DNA of 29,693 nt from Nitrosopumilaceae archaeon (GCA_020027255.1 JAHRAP010000112.1:1-29693); one strand, 5' to 3'; shown: positions 18,334-28,670, counted from the first letter of the stretch. Notes: generated by a model not told the origin, from the letters alone. Translations and numbers: made by a program.

Positions 18334-18864
18334 ATGTCAGATACAGTGGACACATTAAATCTATTAACAGAAAAACTTAACGATTTATTTAATCAAACAC
18401 AAAACTACTATGAAGCATTTTTAGATACTAACACACTTTACAAAAACGGCCAAATTAGCGACAGCGATTTTTTTAAAAAATTGGGAGATTACACAGTGGC
18501 ATATTCTGCATTAGAATTTCTTTCTATCAAAGTTATATTTGAAATCAAAAAAGCTATTGATAAAATACCTAACGGCCAAAATGTTGCTGGTTCTAACCAT
18601 CAAGGATTTATGACAAACCAAATACCACAAAATATTGGAAGTGGACATCCTAATTCTAATATCCAACAACTTGGAACTATGTCAAACCCAATAGGAGCCC
18701 CTCCACAAGTTATATCTACACAAGATAATTTTTCTAATGTAGGAACACTTCCGTCTCCAGATCCTACACTAATGACTTCGCAGTCAGTAAAAACATGCAA
18801 TTCATGTGGTATGACATTGAGATTAAATGCAAAATTTTGTACCAAATGTGGAAATAAAATTTAA
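18334..18864 (+). CDS. Zinc-ribbon domain hypothetical protein
   Basis: Helical N-terminus, Q/N/P/G-rich linker, C-terminal CNSC...FCTKCG. Confidence 0.8.
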   Translation: MSDTVDTLNLLTEKLNDLFNQTQNYYEAFLDTNTLYKNGQISDSDFFKKLGDYTVAYSALEFLSIKVIFEIKKAIDKIPNGQNVAGSNHQGFMTNQIPQNIGSGHPNSNIQQLGTMSNPIGAPPQVISTQDNFSNVGTLPSPDPTLMTSQSVKTCNSCGMTLRLNAKFCTKCGNKI

Positions 18865-18890
18865 TCATTTTACATTATCTGTTTATTATA

Positions 18891-19241
18891 TCATTTTTGG
18901 TTTTCCCCACACTCTACACAAAATCTTGCTTCGCTCGAATTTTCTTTGCCACATTCTGAGCAATATTTTATATTATCAGAATTTTTATTTTGGCCAATTT
19001 TTCTTACAGCTCCTGTAGGTATGTATTTGTCATCATCAATTATTTTTACTACTGTATTTTTGTCTTTATCTTCCATATATGACATCATACGTGGAATTGT
19101 ATTTTTCTTGTTGTTCGGATCTGGGATGGTGTCGCCTAGCCAAAATGAATATCTTAGTAAAGTCAGCTCTGGCGTAGAAAAAGTTAGTGTGTGACTAGAC
19201 ATATATTCTTCTGCAGCAGCTTTGGAATTAAAAACTTTCAT
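18891..19241 (-). CDS. Zinc-ribbon domain hypothetical protein
   Basis: C-terminal CSEC...FCVECG. Start is ATG 19241 or 19250. Confidence 0.78.
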   Translation of the reverse strand: MKVFNSKAAAEEYMSSHTLTFSTPELTLLRYSFWLGDTIPDPNNKKNTIPRMMSYMEDKDKNTVVKIIDDDKYIPTGAVRKIGQNKNSDNIKYCSECGKENSSEARFCVECGENQK

Positions 19242-19277
19242 TATTATCATTTTTGATAATGGACATAATATAGCTAA

Positions 19278-19349
19278 TGGACCGGGAGGGAATCGAACCC
19301 TCTACCTCCACGTTGCGAACGTAGCATTATGCCAGTAAACCACCGGCCC
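19278..19349 (-). tRNA. tRNA-Ala (anticodon CGC)
   Basis: GGGCCGG...CTACG-TTCGCAA-CGTGG...GAGGG-TTCGATT-CCCTC-CCGGTCC-A, with the G3:U70 identity pair. Confidence 0.95.
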
Positions 19350-19405
19350 TAGAACATAAACCCATTTTGGTATTTATTTAATTATGGTTAATCATATAAT
19401 TCATT

Positions 19406-20815
19406 ATGCCTGTTTATGACGCTGTAATAACCAACTCACATGTAGTCTTACCAAATATGATAATAGAAAAAAATATAGTTATAGACAACGGAAAAATAAT
19501 TTCATTTACAAATGACACTCCACAATGCGATATCAAAATAAACGCAACAGGTTTAATATCAATTCCAGGTGTAATTGATCCGCACGTTCATTACGGCGTA
19601 TATTCTCCAATCAGACAAGCTGCCATGACTGAATCTAGAGTAGCTGCAATTGGAGGAATAACATCTATGATGCGAATGTTACGAACTACCAAATCATATA
19701 AAGATATATTAACACAACACATATCCGCATCTTCTAATTCGCATTATGTTGACTATTCTATTCATGCCTCCATATTCAATAAACCGCAAGTAGACGAGAT
19801 GGAATATTGTATTAATCATAACGTTTCGTCTTTTAAATTATATATGAATCTGGGATTAAACATCGGAAAAATCTATATGGATATGGATACAAACACAGAT
19901 CGTTTACAAGAATCAACAGTTGAAATAAATTACGAATTAATTAAACATGTGATAAAGAATGCGTCATCTCTCAACTGTCCTGTTTTGGTACATGCTGAAG
20001 ACTATACAATATGTTCACATAATGAAACAAAAGCTCAATTAGAAAATCGAGACGGGTTAAAAACATGGTCTATTTGCAGATCTGAAGATTCAGAATCTAT
20101 TGCAATAAAAAATATTTCCAAACTAGCCAGAGATTTTAATTGTGTCCTATATTTTGTTCATATTGGTTCTATTCTAGCAATGAAGCAAATACTTCATGAA
20201 AAAAATAAAGGCACCAAAATTTATACTGAAACATGTCCACATTATTTAACCTTATCTTATGACACACATCATGATTATGATGCAAAAGTCATGCCTCCAA
20301 TAAGATCAGCTAATGATATTCAATATATTTGGAATTCGCTGAGTAATAATCATATCGATACTATTGGAACTGATCATGTTGCAAATAGATTATCTCGCAA
20401 AATGGGAAAAAATATTTGGACTACTTTAGCTGGATTCCCTGGACTCGGAACGTCTTTATCCATATTATTAAGTGAAGGTATAAATAAAAATAAAATGTCA
20501 CTATTACAATTAGTCAAGCTTACCAGCACTAACACTGCCAAAATTTTTGGCATGTATCCAGCAAAAGGTTCTCTAGAAAAAAAGTCAGACGCCGATATAA
20601 CATTAATAGATCTCAAAAAAGAAATGAAAGTAAAAAACATTCCATTTTGTGGATATTCTGATTATAATGTTTATGACGATATGAAATTGAAGGGTTGGCC
20701 AGTTAAAACATTGTTGCGCGGTAAATTAATCTCAGACAATTTCGAAGTTGTAGGGAAACCTGGATATGGTAAAATGATTGATAGGAAATCACAAAATATT
20801 GAAGCTGCCATCTAA
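19406..20815 (+). CDS. Cyclic amidohydrolase (dihydroorotase/allantoinase/hydantoinase family)
   Basis: PG-x-IDPHVH, FKLYM, VHAED, FVHIG, ETCPHYL, GTDH and DAD motifs. The substrate cannot be determined from sequence. Confidence 0.88.
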   Translation: MPVYDAVITNSHVVLPNMIIEKNIVIDNGKIISFTNDTPQCDIKINATGLISIPGVIDPHVHYGVYSPIRQAAMTESRVAAIGGITSMMRMLRTTKSYKDILTQHISASSNSHYVDYSIHASIFNKPQVDEMEYCINHNVSSFKLYMNLGLNIGKIYMDMDTNTDRLQESTVEINYELIKHVIKNASSLNCPVLVHAEDYTICSHNETKAQLENRDGLKTWSICRSEDSESIAIKNISKLARDFNCVLYFVHIGSILAMKQILHEKNKGTKIYTETCPHYLTLSYDTHHDYDAKVMPPIRSANDIQYIWNSLSNNHIDTIGTDHVANRLSRKMGKNIWTTLAGFPGLGTSLSILLSEGINKNKMSLLQLVKLTSTNTAKIFGMYPAKGSLEKKSDADITLIDLKKEMKVKNIPFCGYSDYNVYDDMKLKGWPVKTLLRGKLISDNFEVVGKPGYGKMIDRKSQNIEAAI

Positions 20816-21472
20816 ATTGGCCTTATATATTATATCTGGTTTTCTTTGAAAAATACCTACTTCTAAAACTCCGGCAATTTTCATGATTTTCTTTAATAAT
20901 ATTTGAGGTTTTCTAATCGTCCCAAAATCACAATCTATAATCATATTCCCATTTTCAGTTATTATTGGATATCCTTTCGATGCAATACGAAGTGACGCCT
21001 TTCCATTTATTTTAATTAATTTTTTTGTGATATATGATCTAGCTGAATTGTGAATTTCTATTGGTATGCTAATATCCATTTTATTAACAAATTTAGATTC
21101 ATCTGCCATGATAATTACATTTTTAGACATATTCATTAGTATGTTCTCCTTCAGCAAAGCCCCGCCTCCTCCTTTCACTAAATTTCTTTCTTTGTCTATC
21201 TGATCTGCCCCGTCAAACATAACATCTACCTCATCTAAATGATCTGATTCTATTAATTGAATGTAATTATTTTGTTCAACAACCATTTTTATTTGTGATG
21301 ACGTCGGAACAGCTTTGATTTTTATTTTGTTTGTTTTGACAAACATTGATAATGTTTTTGCGAATATAGATGATGCATGACCGCTTCCTAACGCAATTAT
21401 TTTTCCGTTTTTAATAAATTTTAATATGTCATTGGATACATTTGTTAATGCATCATCAAAACCATTATTCAA
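20789..21472 (-). CDS. rpiA: Ribose-5-phosphate isomerase A
   Basis: ALGSG, DGADQID, KGGGGALLKE, ADESK, TENGN-x-IID and GV-x-EVGIF. Confidence 0.95.
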   Translation of the reverse strand: MNNGFDDALTNVSNDILKFIKNGKIIALGSGHASSIFAKTLSMFVKTNKIKIKAVPTSSQIKMVVEQNNYIQLIESDHLDEVDVMFDGADQIDKERNLVKGGGGALLKENILMNMSKNVIIMADESKFVNKMDISIPIEIHNSARSYITKKLIKINGKASLRIASKGYPIITENGNMIIDCDFGTIRKPQILLKKIMKIAGVLEVGIFQRKPDIIYKANLDGSFNIL

Positions 21473-22043
21473 CTCCTATCTCTTCCAATTTTGATAGTGT
21501 TTCCATTATTTCAGATTTAATTTTTTTAATTTCAATATCATCATTATTTAGTTTTGAGTTTTTGACATGATCTTGTTCTGTTGTACTGCTAATATGAAAT
21601 AATTCTTGTTTTGTTGCATTATTTAATTCATCTATTGGACCTTTATTTTTATTTGTTACATCTCTATTTTTTAGTTTATCTGATTTAGTATTTGAATTTC
21701 TACCAAATCTATTTTCAAATTTTAAAAAACGTTCATCGATTATTGATTTAATTTTATCTGCATTCCCAACATTATTTTGGTTTTCTAGACTACTAATCTC
21801 ATCTGACACAACATCTAAATTTTTGTGGCATTCTTTTAGTAATTCTAAGTGTTTGTTGTTAATTAATTGTGTGTTATTGAGCTTGATTATCATTTTATTA
21901 ATAAAATTTTGTTTTGCATTCAGATATGATCTATGGTTTATGTTTAGATTAGATTTATGTTGTATATTTTTTGTAAACTGAATTATTAGCGCTACAAAAA
22001 TTGTAGCTATTAATATACAAAAATAAATTGTAATTTCATGCAT
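21465..22043 (-). CDS. Hypothetical protein (N-terminal TM helix, coiled-coil-like, N/K-rich)
   Basis: 192 aa ORF overlapping the rpiA start by 8 nt; no motif recognised. Confidence 0.6.
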   Translation of the reverse strand: MHEITIYFCILIATIFVALIIQFTKNIQHKSNLNINHRSYLNAKQNFINKMIIKLNNTQLINNKHLELLKECHKNLDVVSDEISSLENQNNVGNADKIKSIIDERFLKFENRFGRNSNTKSDKLKNRDVTNKNKGPIDELNNATKQELFHISSTTEQDHVKNSKLNNDDIEIKKIKSEIMETLSKLEEIGVE

Positions 22044-22049
22044 TTATAT

Positions 22050-22211
22050 TTACCATTTCACCCAAGAATATTTTCGTAATTTGGAGTCAGGAAAGCCACA
22101 ATTCGAACATTGTCCATGCCTCTTATGATATGAATTATTACCACATCTTCTACATCTTATATGGGTCTTTTTTTTTGTGAATCCCCCCATTGAAGTTGTT
22201 CCTTTTACCAT
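22050..22211 (-). CDS. rpl37e: 50S ribosomal protein L37e (not in ORF track)
   Basis: Manual translation [53 protein letters not shown]; directly downstream of SmAP. Confidence 0.95.
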   Translation of the reverse strand: MVKGTTSMGGFTKKKTHIRCRRCGNNSYHKRHGQCSNCGFPDSKLRKYSWVKW

Positions 22212-22215
22212 AAAA

Positions 22216-22449
22216 TCACTTGCTTGGAGGCGGTGGTGAAATCATAATTACATTATCTCCTCTTACTACTATTGTTCCCAGATTTTTTGCATCGTCGTTG
22301 GAAATTTCTTCGGATTGAGATAGCAATAAATTCATATGCTGATCAAATCCTAGCAAACTACCTCGTATCGTTTTGTTACCTTTGAGTTTAATAAGTACAA
22401 CTTTATCGATACTTTCATTCAAAACTTTTACTGCCATATCTACAGACAT
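22216..22449 (-). CDS. Sm-like archaeal protein (SmAP/LSm)
   Basis: Sm1 G[13 protein letters not shown] and Sm2 [10 protein letters not shown]. Start is ATG 22449 or TTG 22458. Confidence 0.95.
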   Translation of the reverse strand: MSVDMAVKVLNESIDKVVLIKLKGNKTIRGSLLGFDQHMNLLLSQSEEISNDDAKNLGTIVVRGDNVIMISPPPPSK

Positions 22450-22502
22450 TTTACTCAAACAGTTCTCTTAAACGCATTATATTAAAATTTCATTTTGTTA
22501 TA

Positions 22503-23207
22503 TTAGTGATTTAAATTGATAAAATAAATGAAATTTTTAACGATTTCGCGCATTATTTTTTGACCAGCTGCGATATTAGCAATAGTTGGATCTCCAATAA
22601 CTCCATTTTTCGTGACAGCGGGAAAAGATCCAGCCAATTTTTTTTTACATTGCAGTAATTTTGTCCCGCGTAAATCATCTATAATTACGCCTTTCCTAGC
22701 ATCTGACATTTTAGTTTTGTCTGATATCGCTAACATCAATGATGTCTCCACAAAACCTCCGTGATCCATTCTATTATCCATGAAATCCCAATACGAAAAA
22801 ACATTTATTTTTAATTTAGGGATCTTGATTTTTGTTTCTAGTTTTGTGATATATTTTTTGTTTCCATAATGACCATTTAAAATAATTATTTTGTTTATAT
22901 TGTTTCTATGTAAAGATGTGCATATATCTATCAGCATTGTTTTTAACGTGTTTGGTTGTAAACTTATATTAAAATATGGTGCATGCTCAGAAGAACAGCC
23001 ATATCTTAATGTTGGTAAAACCATTAAATTGCATTTTGTCGCTAATATTTGAGATATTTTAAACACAATATCCGAGTCTGTAGATATTGGAAGATGTGCA
23101 CCATGTTGTTCTATAGATCCTAACGGTATTAATGCAATCGTATTATTTTTTGAAATAATTTTACGCAATTTAGGATCATATTGATTCTGTATTTCCATAA
23201 TTTTCAT
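22503..23207 (-). CDS. Creatininase / creatinine amidohydrolase family protein
   Basis: P-x-GSIEQHG-x-HLP-x-x-TD, S-x-EH, NGHYGN, DHGG-x-x-ETS and GV-x-GDP. ATG 23207 overlaps the purU stop (alternative 23198). Confidence 0.88.
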   Translation of the reverse strand: MKIMEIQNQYDPKLRKIISKNNTIALIPLGSIEQHGAHLPISTDSDIVFKISQILATKCNLMVLPTLRYGCSSEHAPYFNISLQPNTLKTMLIDICTSLHRNNINKIIILNGHYGNKKYITKLETKIKIPKLKINVFSYWDFMDNRMDHGGFVETSLMLAISDKTKMSDARKGVIIDDLRGTKLLQCKKKLAGSFPAVTKNGVIGDPTIANIAAGQKIMREIVKNFIYFINLNH

Positions 23208-24049
23208 TAATTTTTTATATGTACTTTTCTCCAATTCACAAACAGTTTATTTTCTAAATGTAATTTTACTGCTTTGAGTAATATTTTTGATTCCAATTTT
23301 TGACCTTTCGTTTTAATGGTTATAAACGAATAGTGAGATCTTATTTTAAATGAATCTTGAATGATGATGGGTCCTTGATCTAAACTCTCTGTAACGTAAT
23401 GTGCTGTGACGCCTATGATCTTGGTACCTCGTTCATACGCTTGTGCATATGCATTAGCTCCTGGGAATGATGGTAGTAATGATGGATGTATATTGATTAT
23501 TCTATTTGGATATCTCCACACAAAATTAGGAGTCAATATGCGCATGTATCTAGCCAGAACAATTAAATCTATTTTGTATTTTTTACACAAATTTAATAGA
23601 TGAGCCTCCGCTTTTATTTGATCTTTCTCATCTATGACGAAAAAAGGAATGTTAGATATCTGAATTTTATTACGTATAGATCCATCTGTTCCTATCACCA
23701 GACAAACTTTGCCTTTTAGCACATTTCTGACATTTGTATCCAAAATAGCATTAATGCAATGAATTTCTTTAGTAACTAATATGGCAATATTTTTATGTTT
23801 GTTACTTTCATTGAACACATCTACTTCCATCTTGTAAATAGTCGCTAATTTTTTTAATTTCAGATTTAACATTCCGAATTTCATTTTATGATCGAATGAT
23901 GCAGAAATATACATTCCAAAAAAACCTTTTATTACATTTTGATTAATTTTTTCTATATTCCCATTATTTTTGAAGATACAATTGGTAAATGCAGCTACCA
24001 CCCCTTCTTTATCTTGTCCTACCACTGTCACACTTACAATTTTTTTCAT
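23207..24049 (-). CDS. purU: Formyltetrahydrofolate deformylase
   Basis: N-terminal ACT domain (GQDKEGVVA), LARYMRIL, INIHPSLLP-x-F-x-GA, TAHYVT-x-x-LDQGPII. Confidence 0.92.
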   Translation of the reverse strand: MKKIVSVTVVGQDKEGVVAAFTNCIFKNNGNIEKINQNVIKGFFGMYISASFDHKMKFGMLNLKLKKLATIYKMEVDVFNESNKHKNIAILVTKEIHCINAILDTNVRNVLKGKVCLVIGTDGSIRNKIQISNIPFFVIDEKDQIKAEAHLLNLCKKYKIDLIVLARYMRILTPNFVWRYPNRIINIHPSLLPSFPGANAYAQAYERGTKIIGVTAHYVTESLDQGPIIIQDSFKIRSHYSFITIKTKGQKLESKILLKAVKLHLENKLFVNWRKVHIKN

Positions 24050-24092
24050 TAATTACCTTTGGCAAATTACATATTATTAATACTTGTAGTCG

Positions 24093-24176
24093 TGCGGAAG
24101 ATGGGATTTGAACCCATGAACCACTTAGGACAAGGTCCTAAGCCTTGCGCCTTTGACCAATCTTGGCAACTCCCGC
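24093..24176 (-). tRNA. tRNA-Leu (anticodon UAG)
   Basis: GCGGGAG...CAAGG-CTTAGGA-CCTTG, long variable arm, ATGGG-TTCAAAT-CCCAT-CTTCCGC-A. Confidence 0.95.
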
Positions 24177-24223
24177 ATTTTTCAACACATAAACACAAAT
24201 TTATCTATTATTGATATATTATA

Positions 24224-25579
24224 TTGACGAAAAGACTATTTGGCACAAATGGAATCAGAGGAATATTTGGTAAAGATCTCACATTGGATTTGATATGTAA
24301 CATGTCACTTGCAGTAGCAGCCTATTTCAATAAAGGCACAATATTGATTGGGTATGATTGCAGACATTCGAGTAAATTAATTTCAAAGATCATATACTCT
24401 GTATTGAATTATTGTAATTTGAATTGTAAACTGGCAGGTATGATTCCAACACCATGTTTACAATTGTCTGTAAAAAAGCTGAAATACGATGGTGGGATAA
24501 TGGTAACGGCATCTCATAACCCACCTGAATATAATGGATTTAAAGTCATATCTCATGACGGAATAGAAATTTCTGAAACGGATCAATCAGCTATCGAAAA
24601 CATTTATTTCAATCAGAAATTTGTATCTTCAAAAGATTTTGGGGTCACAGAAATAGAAAATAGATCAATTCAAACTTATGTAGACTCTATAAAATCAAAC
24701 ATAAATCTTAGTAGTATATTATTAAAAAAATTTACCGTAGTATTAGATCTCGGTAACGGTGTACAATCTCTCACCGCGCCAAAAATTTGTGATGCTTTGG
24801 GCTGTAGAGTTATCAAAATAAATGAAAATATAGACGGTTCATTTCCAGGCAGAGGCTCAGAACCAACTACTACTAATCTTAAACAATTGTCGTCAAAGGT
24901 GATTGAATATAAAGCTGATCTTGGAGTAGCTTTTGATGGTGATGGTGATCGAAGTATATTTTGTACTAATAAAGGAAAAATTATAAACGGAACTGAATCT
25001 GCACTATTATTAACTGATAGCATATTGCAAAAAAAACCAAATTCTATCATAATAACATGTTTAAATACTCCTTCCAATATAGATGAAATCGCATTTAAAA
25101 CAAAATCTAATGTGGTCAGAACCAAAGTGGGGAGTGTATCTGTTTCTCGAAAAATGCAATCTAAAAACGCGATAATTGGGTTCGAAGAAAATGGCGGATT
25201 CATGTTTGGACCGCATTTGGAAGTTCGTGACGGTGCTATGTCAATGGCATTGATGTTGGATGTATTAGCATCTTCTGACAAAACCTTATCTCAAATGATA
25301 TCAAGAATACCGCATCCGATCATTACAAAAACTAAAGTATATTGTCCAAATTATACTATTGGCCAAAAGGTGATTTCGGCACTTCATAATACGAACTATT
25401 ATTTTGATGATCAAGATGGGATAAAAATATTCTTAGATGCAAAAAATTGGATAATGGTAAGACTAAGTGGCACTGAACCATTATTACGAATTTACGCAGA
25501 AAGTGATAGCGCCAAGAAACTTGATGCAATGATCTCGGAATATGTAAATAAAATCAAATGTTACCGACAACATTTTTAA
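24224..25579 (+). CDS. Phosphohexomutase (phosphoglucosamine mutase / PGM-PMM family)
   Basis: LFGTNGIRG, TASHNP, FDGDGDR, GFEENGG and VRLSGTEP-x-x-RIY; TTG start. Confidence 0.93.
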   Translation: MTKRLFGTNGIRGIFGKDLTLDLICNMSLAVAAYFNKGTILIGYDCRHSSKLISKIIYSVLNYCNLNCKLAGMIPTPCLQLSVKKLKYDGGIMVTASHNPPEYNGFKVISHDGIEISETDQSAIENIYFNQKFVSSKDFGVTEIENRSIQTYVDSIKSNINLSSILLKKFTVVLDLGNGVQSLTAPKICDALGCRVIKINENIDGSFPGRGSEPTTTNLKQLSSKVIEYKADLGVAFDGDGDRSIFCTNKGKIINGTESALLLTDSILQKKPNSIIITCLNTPSNIDEIAFKTKSNVVRTKVGSVSVSRKMQSKNAIIGFEENGGFMFGPHLEVRDGAMSMALMLDVLASSDKTLSQMISRIPHPIITKTKVYCPNYTIGQKVISALHNTNYYFDDQDGIKIFLDAKNWIMVRLSGTEPLLRIYAESDSAKKLDAMISEYVNKIKCYRQHF

Positions 25580-25600
25580 ACTAAAAACGAAAATATTACA

Positions 25601-25635
25601 CATGCAAACAAATGATCTAATTGGTGATCTGCATG
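25601..25635 (+). promoter_or_regulatory. Candidate 5'-UTR hairpin with K-turn/K-loop-like motif covering the rpl7ae start codon
   Basis: CATGCA (25601-06) pairs with TGCATG (25630-35, includes the ATG); internal ATGA and GTGATCT resemble boxes D and C; TTTAAA at 25575-80. Confidence 0.45.
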
Positions 25636-26016
25636 GCTAAAGCTTATTATGTAAAATTTGATGTTCCTCACGATCTAGTAGGGCCAATATATGAAGCTTT
25701 GAGAATAGCATTGCAAACTGGAAAAGTCAAAAAAGGGACTAATGAAACTACTAAAGCTATAGAACGTGGAGTGAGTAAATTAGTAATAATTGCTGAAGAT
25801 GTAGAACCTCCTGAGGTTGTAGCTCATATACCAATAATATGTGAAGAACAAAAAGCTGAATATGTATTCGTGCCTCATAAACATGAGCTGGGTAAATCAT
25901 TAGGCATGGATATTATAGCTTCTGCAGCAGCTATTTTAGATCCTGGTGATGCTAAACATATAGTGGAACAAGTAGTTGCTTCTATCTCTAAAATAAAAAA
26001 AGGAGATAGTGATTGA
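25633..26016 (+). CDS. rpl7ae: 50S ribosomal protein L7Ae
   Basis: [14 protein letters not shown] and [13 protein letters not shown]. Start placed at ATG 25633. Confidence 0.97.
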   Translation: MAKAYYVKFDVPHDLVGPIYEALRIALQTGKVKKGTNETTKAIERGVSKLVIIAEDVEPPEVVAHIPIICEEQKAEYVFVPHKHELGKSLGMDIIASAAAILDPGDAKHIVEQVVASISKIKKGDSD

Positions 26017-26222
26017 GTGAAGAAATAAAACCTACTCCGGCGGAAGTTATACAAATAATAGGCCGAACCGGTCTCGCAGGCGAAGTCATACAAGTGAGAG
26101 TCAAATTGATATCTGGAAAAGATAAAGGAAGAATAATCACCAGAAATGTCAAAGGTTCAATTAGAATGTCAGACATACTAATGCTTCGAGAAACAGAACG
26201 AGAAGCTAAAAAAATTAAATAG
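26013..26222 (+). CDS. rps28e: 30S ribosomal protein S28e
   Basis: [12 protein letters not shown]...QVRVK...RNVKG...LRETEREA; TTG start. Confidence 0.96.
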   Translation: MSEEIKPTPAEVIQIIGRTGLAGEVIQVRVKLISGKDKGRIITRNVKGSIRMSDILMLRETEREAKKIK

Positions 26223-26422
26223 TGATTAACATGTCTCAAATTTGTAAATTCTGTGGCAATGCTGTACTTTTAGGATCTGGAACGATATTTGCAAAAAACG
26301 ATGGCAGTGTTTTGTCATTTTGTTCTTCTAAATGTAAAAAAAATATGCTTGTATTGAAACGTGATCCTAGAAAACTAAAATGGACTGCTAAATATGTGAA
26401 AGGCGGTATTAAGGTAAGATAA
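26222..26422 (+). CDS. rpl24e: 50S ribosomal protein L24e
   Basis: C-x-FCG...G-x-G...DG...FCSSKC-x-KN...PRKLKWT. Start is GTG 26222 or ATG 26231. Confidence 0.95.
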   Translation: MINMSQICKFCGNAVLLGSGTIFAKNDGSVLSFCSSKCKKNMLVLKRDPRKLKWTAKYVKGGIKVR

Positions 26423-26423
26423 A

Positions 26424-26819
26424 TTGGAACAAACACTCTTCATCATTAAACCAGATGGCGTCAAGCGCCATCTTGTAGGAGAAATCATAAAACGATTTGA
26501 AAATAAAAATTTTAATTTCATTAAATTGAAAATGTTTGCTTTTGATAAAGACAACGCAACAAAATTTTATTATATTCATAAAGACAAGTCGTTTTTTCAT
26601 GAATTAATTTCATTTATAACATCTGGAGAAGTAGTCGCAGCAGTAATAGAAGGGAATAACGCAATTCAAGCTACTAGACTTATGGTCGGTTCTACGAACT
26701 ATGTTGAGGCTGAACCTGGCTCTATTAGAGGAGATTATGCATTGGGGTTGACTTCAAATATAATTCACGCATCTGACTCCAAGCAAAATTTTGAAATAGA
26801 ATCCAAAATAATATTTTAA
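26424..26819 (+). CDS. ndk: Nucleoside diphosphate kinase
   Basis: IKPDGV, PGSIRGD and N-x-IHASDS; TTG start. Confidence 0.96.
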   Translation: MEQTLFIIKPDGVKRHLVGEIIKRFENKNFNFIKLKMFAFDKDNATKFYYIHKDKSFFHELISFITSGEVVAAVIEGNNAIQATRLMVGSTNYVEAEPGSIRGDYALGLTSNIIHASDSKQNFEIESKIIF

Positions 26820-26828
26820 CTATTTAAA

Positions 26829-28613
26829 ATGAGACAGCCAATAGTAACTGTATTAGGTCATGTAGATTCTGGCAAAACGTCACTCTTGGATAATATACGA
26901 GGTACAAAAATCCAAAAACGAGAAGCTGGAGGAATCACTCAACATATTGGTGCTAGCTTTTTAGAGTATGACACAATCAAAAAAATTTGTGGCGAATTGT
27001 ATGTAAAATTAAATAAAAGTAACAAACATGATGACAAAAAATCTACAGGAATTCTATTAATAGATACTCCGGGCCATGAAGTATTCACTAACTTAAGAAC
27101 ACGTGGAGGTTCTGCTGCTGACATTGCAATTTTGGTTATAGACATTACTTGTGGCTTTCAACCTCAAACAATAGAAAGTTTAAAAATACTGGAAAATCGT
27201 AAAGTTCCATTTATAGTAGCTCTTAATAAAATAGATATGATAAAAGGGTGGCAAAAAACTGATAGCAAACTAGTTTTGCAAGTAATGAAACAACAAGATA
27301 AATATACCAAACAAGTCTTTGATGAGTATTTGTACAACGTAATTGGAAGTTTATCTAAATTTGGTTATAGATCTGAAATATTTTCACGTGTTCGAGATTT
27401 TAGTAAAGAAATATCTATAGTTCCTGTAAGTGCGATGTTGGGTATAGGTATATCAGAACTTATGATGGTGTTGATAGGCTTGACACAACAATATATGCAA
27501 AAAAAATTATCTGAACAAAACAAAGTTACGCGAGGCATTGTAATTGAAATAAAAAACGAAGAAGGGTTGGGTTCTACAGCTAATGTTGTTCTGATCGATG
27601 GTACAATGCACAAAACAGATTTTATAGTTGCCGCTAAACCAAATTCTGTTATAACTACAAAATTAAAGGCTATATTGCTGCCAAAACCATTGCATCAAAA
27701 ACATGATCCAAAAGATAAATTCATACATGTAAATCAAGTAAATGCAGCTGCAGGAATAAAAATAATATCTCAAGATCTCGATAATGTTTTACCAGGAAGC
27801 ACAATATATGCTACTAGAAACAAAACTGATTTGCATAATTTACAAAAATCATTAGAATCTGAATTGAATGCAGTTTTTATTAAAACTGACTCTATTGGAG
27901 TTATATTGAAATGTGATACAATAGGTTCGCTAGAAGTACTCACTGAAATGTTAAAGCGTGAAAATGTTCCAATATCATATGCAAACATTGGACATGTAAA
28001 TAGACGTGATGTTATAGAAGCAAAAACAATCAAAGAAAACAATCGGCACGTGGGTGTTATTTTATCATTCAACGTAAAAATTCTAGCAGATGCTAAAACT
28101 GAAGCTGATAACCATCATATTAGGATATTTAATAATAAAATCATCTATACATTAATTGATAACTACACAAAATGGGTTAGATCTGATATCTACAACGAAG
28201 AAGAATCAATATTTACAGAACTTACACCAATTTCTAAATTTACATTCATTGACGGTTGCGTATTTAGAAATAGCAACCCTGCGGTATTTGGTATTAGAAT
28301 AGATGTTGGAGTGTTAAAACAAAAAGTACCCGTCATGAATAAACGTGGTGTTAAAATTGGCGTCATTCATCAATTACAAAAAGACGGAAAAACTATAGAT
28401 TCTATTAAACAAGGACAAGAGGCAGCGTGCTCTATACACAACATAGTTGTAGGAAGACAAATTTTTGAAAATGATATTTTGTATACTTCACCTAGCTCGT
28501 ATGATGTAAAACAACTAAATAAATTCATACATAAATTAAGTGATGATGAAATACAAACTTTAAGTGAAATTATTGAAATAAAAAGAAAAAAAGATCCTGC
28601 ATATGGTTATTGA
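26829..28613 (+). CDS. infB: Translation initiation factor aIF5B (IF-2)
   Basis: LGHVDSGKTSLLD, EAGGITQHIGA, DTPGHE and NKID. Confidence 0.96.
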   Translation: MRQPIVTVLGHVDSGKTSLLDNIRGTKIQKREAGGITQHIGASFLEYDTIKKICGELYVKLNKSNKHDDKKSTGILLIDTPGHEVFTNLRTRGGSAADIAILVIDITCGFQPQTIESLKILENRKVPFIVALNKIDMIKGWQKTDSKLVLQVMKQQDKYTKQVFDEYLYNVIGSLSKFGYRSEIFSRVRDFSKEISIVPVSAMLGIGISELMMVLIGLTQQYMQKKLSEQNKVTRGIVIEIKNEEGLGSTANVVLIDGTMHKTDFIVAAKPNSVITTKLKAILLPKPLHQKHDPKDKFIHVNQVNAAAGIKIISQDLDNVLPGSTIYATRNKTDLHNLQKSLESELNAVFIKTDSIGVILKCDTIGSLEVLTEMLKRENVPISYANIGHVNRRDVIEAKTIKENNRHVGVILSFNVKILADAKTEADNHHIRIFNNKIIYTLIDNYTKWVRSDIYNEEESIFTELTPISKFTFIDGCVFRNSNPAVFGIRIDVGVLKQKVPVMNKRGVKIGVIHQLQKDGKTIDSIKQGQEAACSIHNIVVGRQIFENDILYTSPSSYDVKQLNKFIHKLSDDEIQTLSEIIEIKRKKDPAYGY

Positions 28614-28670
28614 TACAAACTATTAAAATATATTTAATGAAACATTATACACGTCCAAATTATAACTAAT

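Noticed and set aside
22050-22449. SmAP next to rpl37e as a novel association
   Set aside because: A well-known conserved archaeal gene pair.
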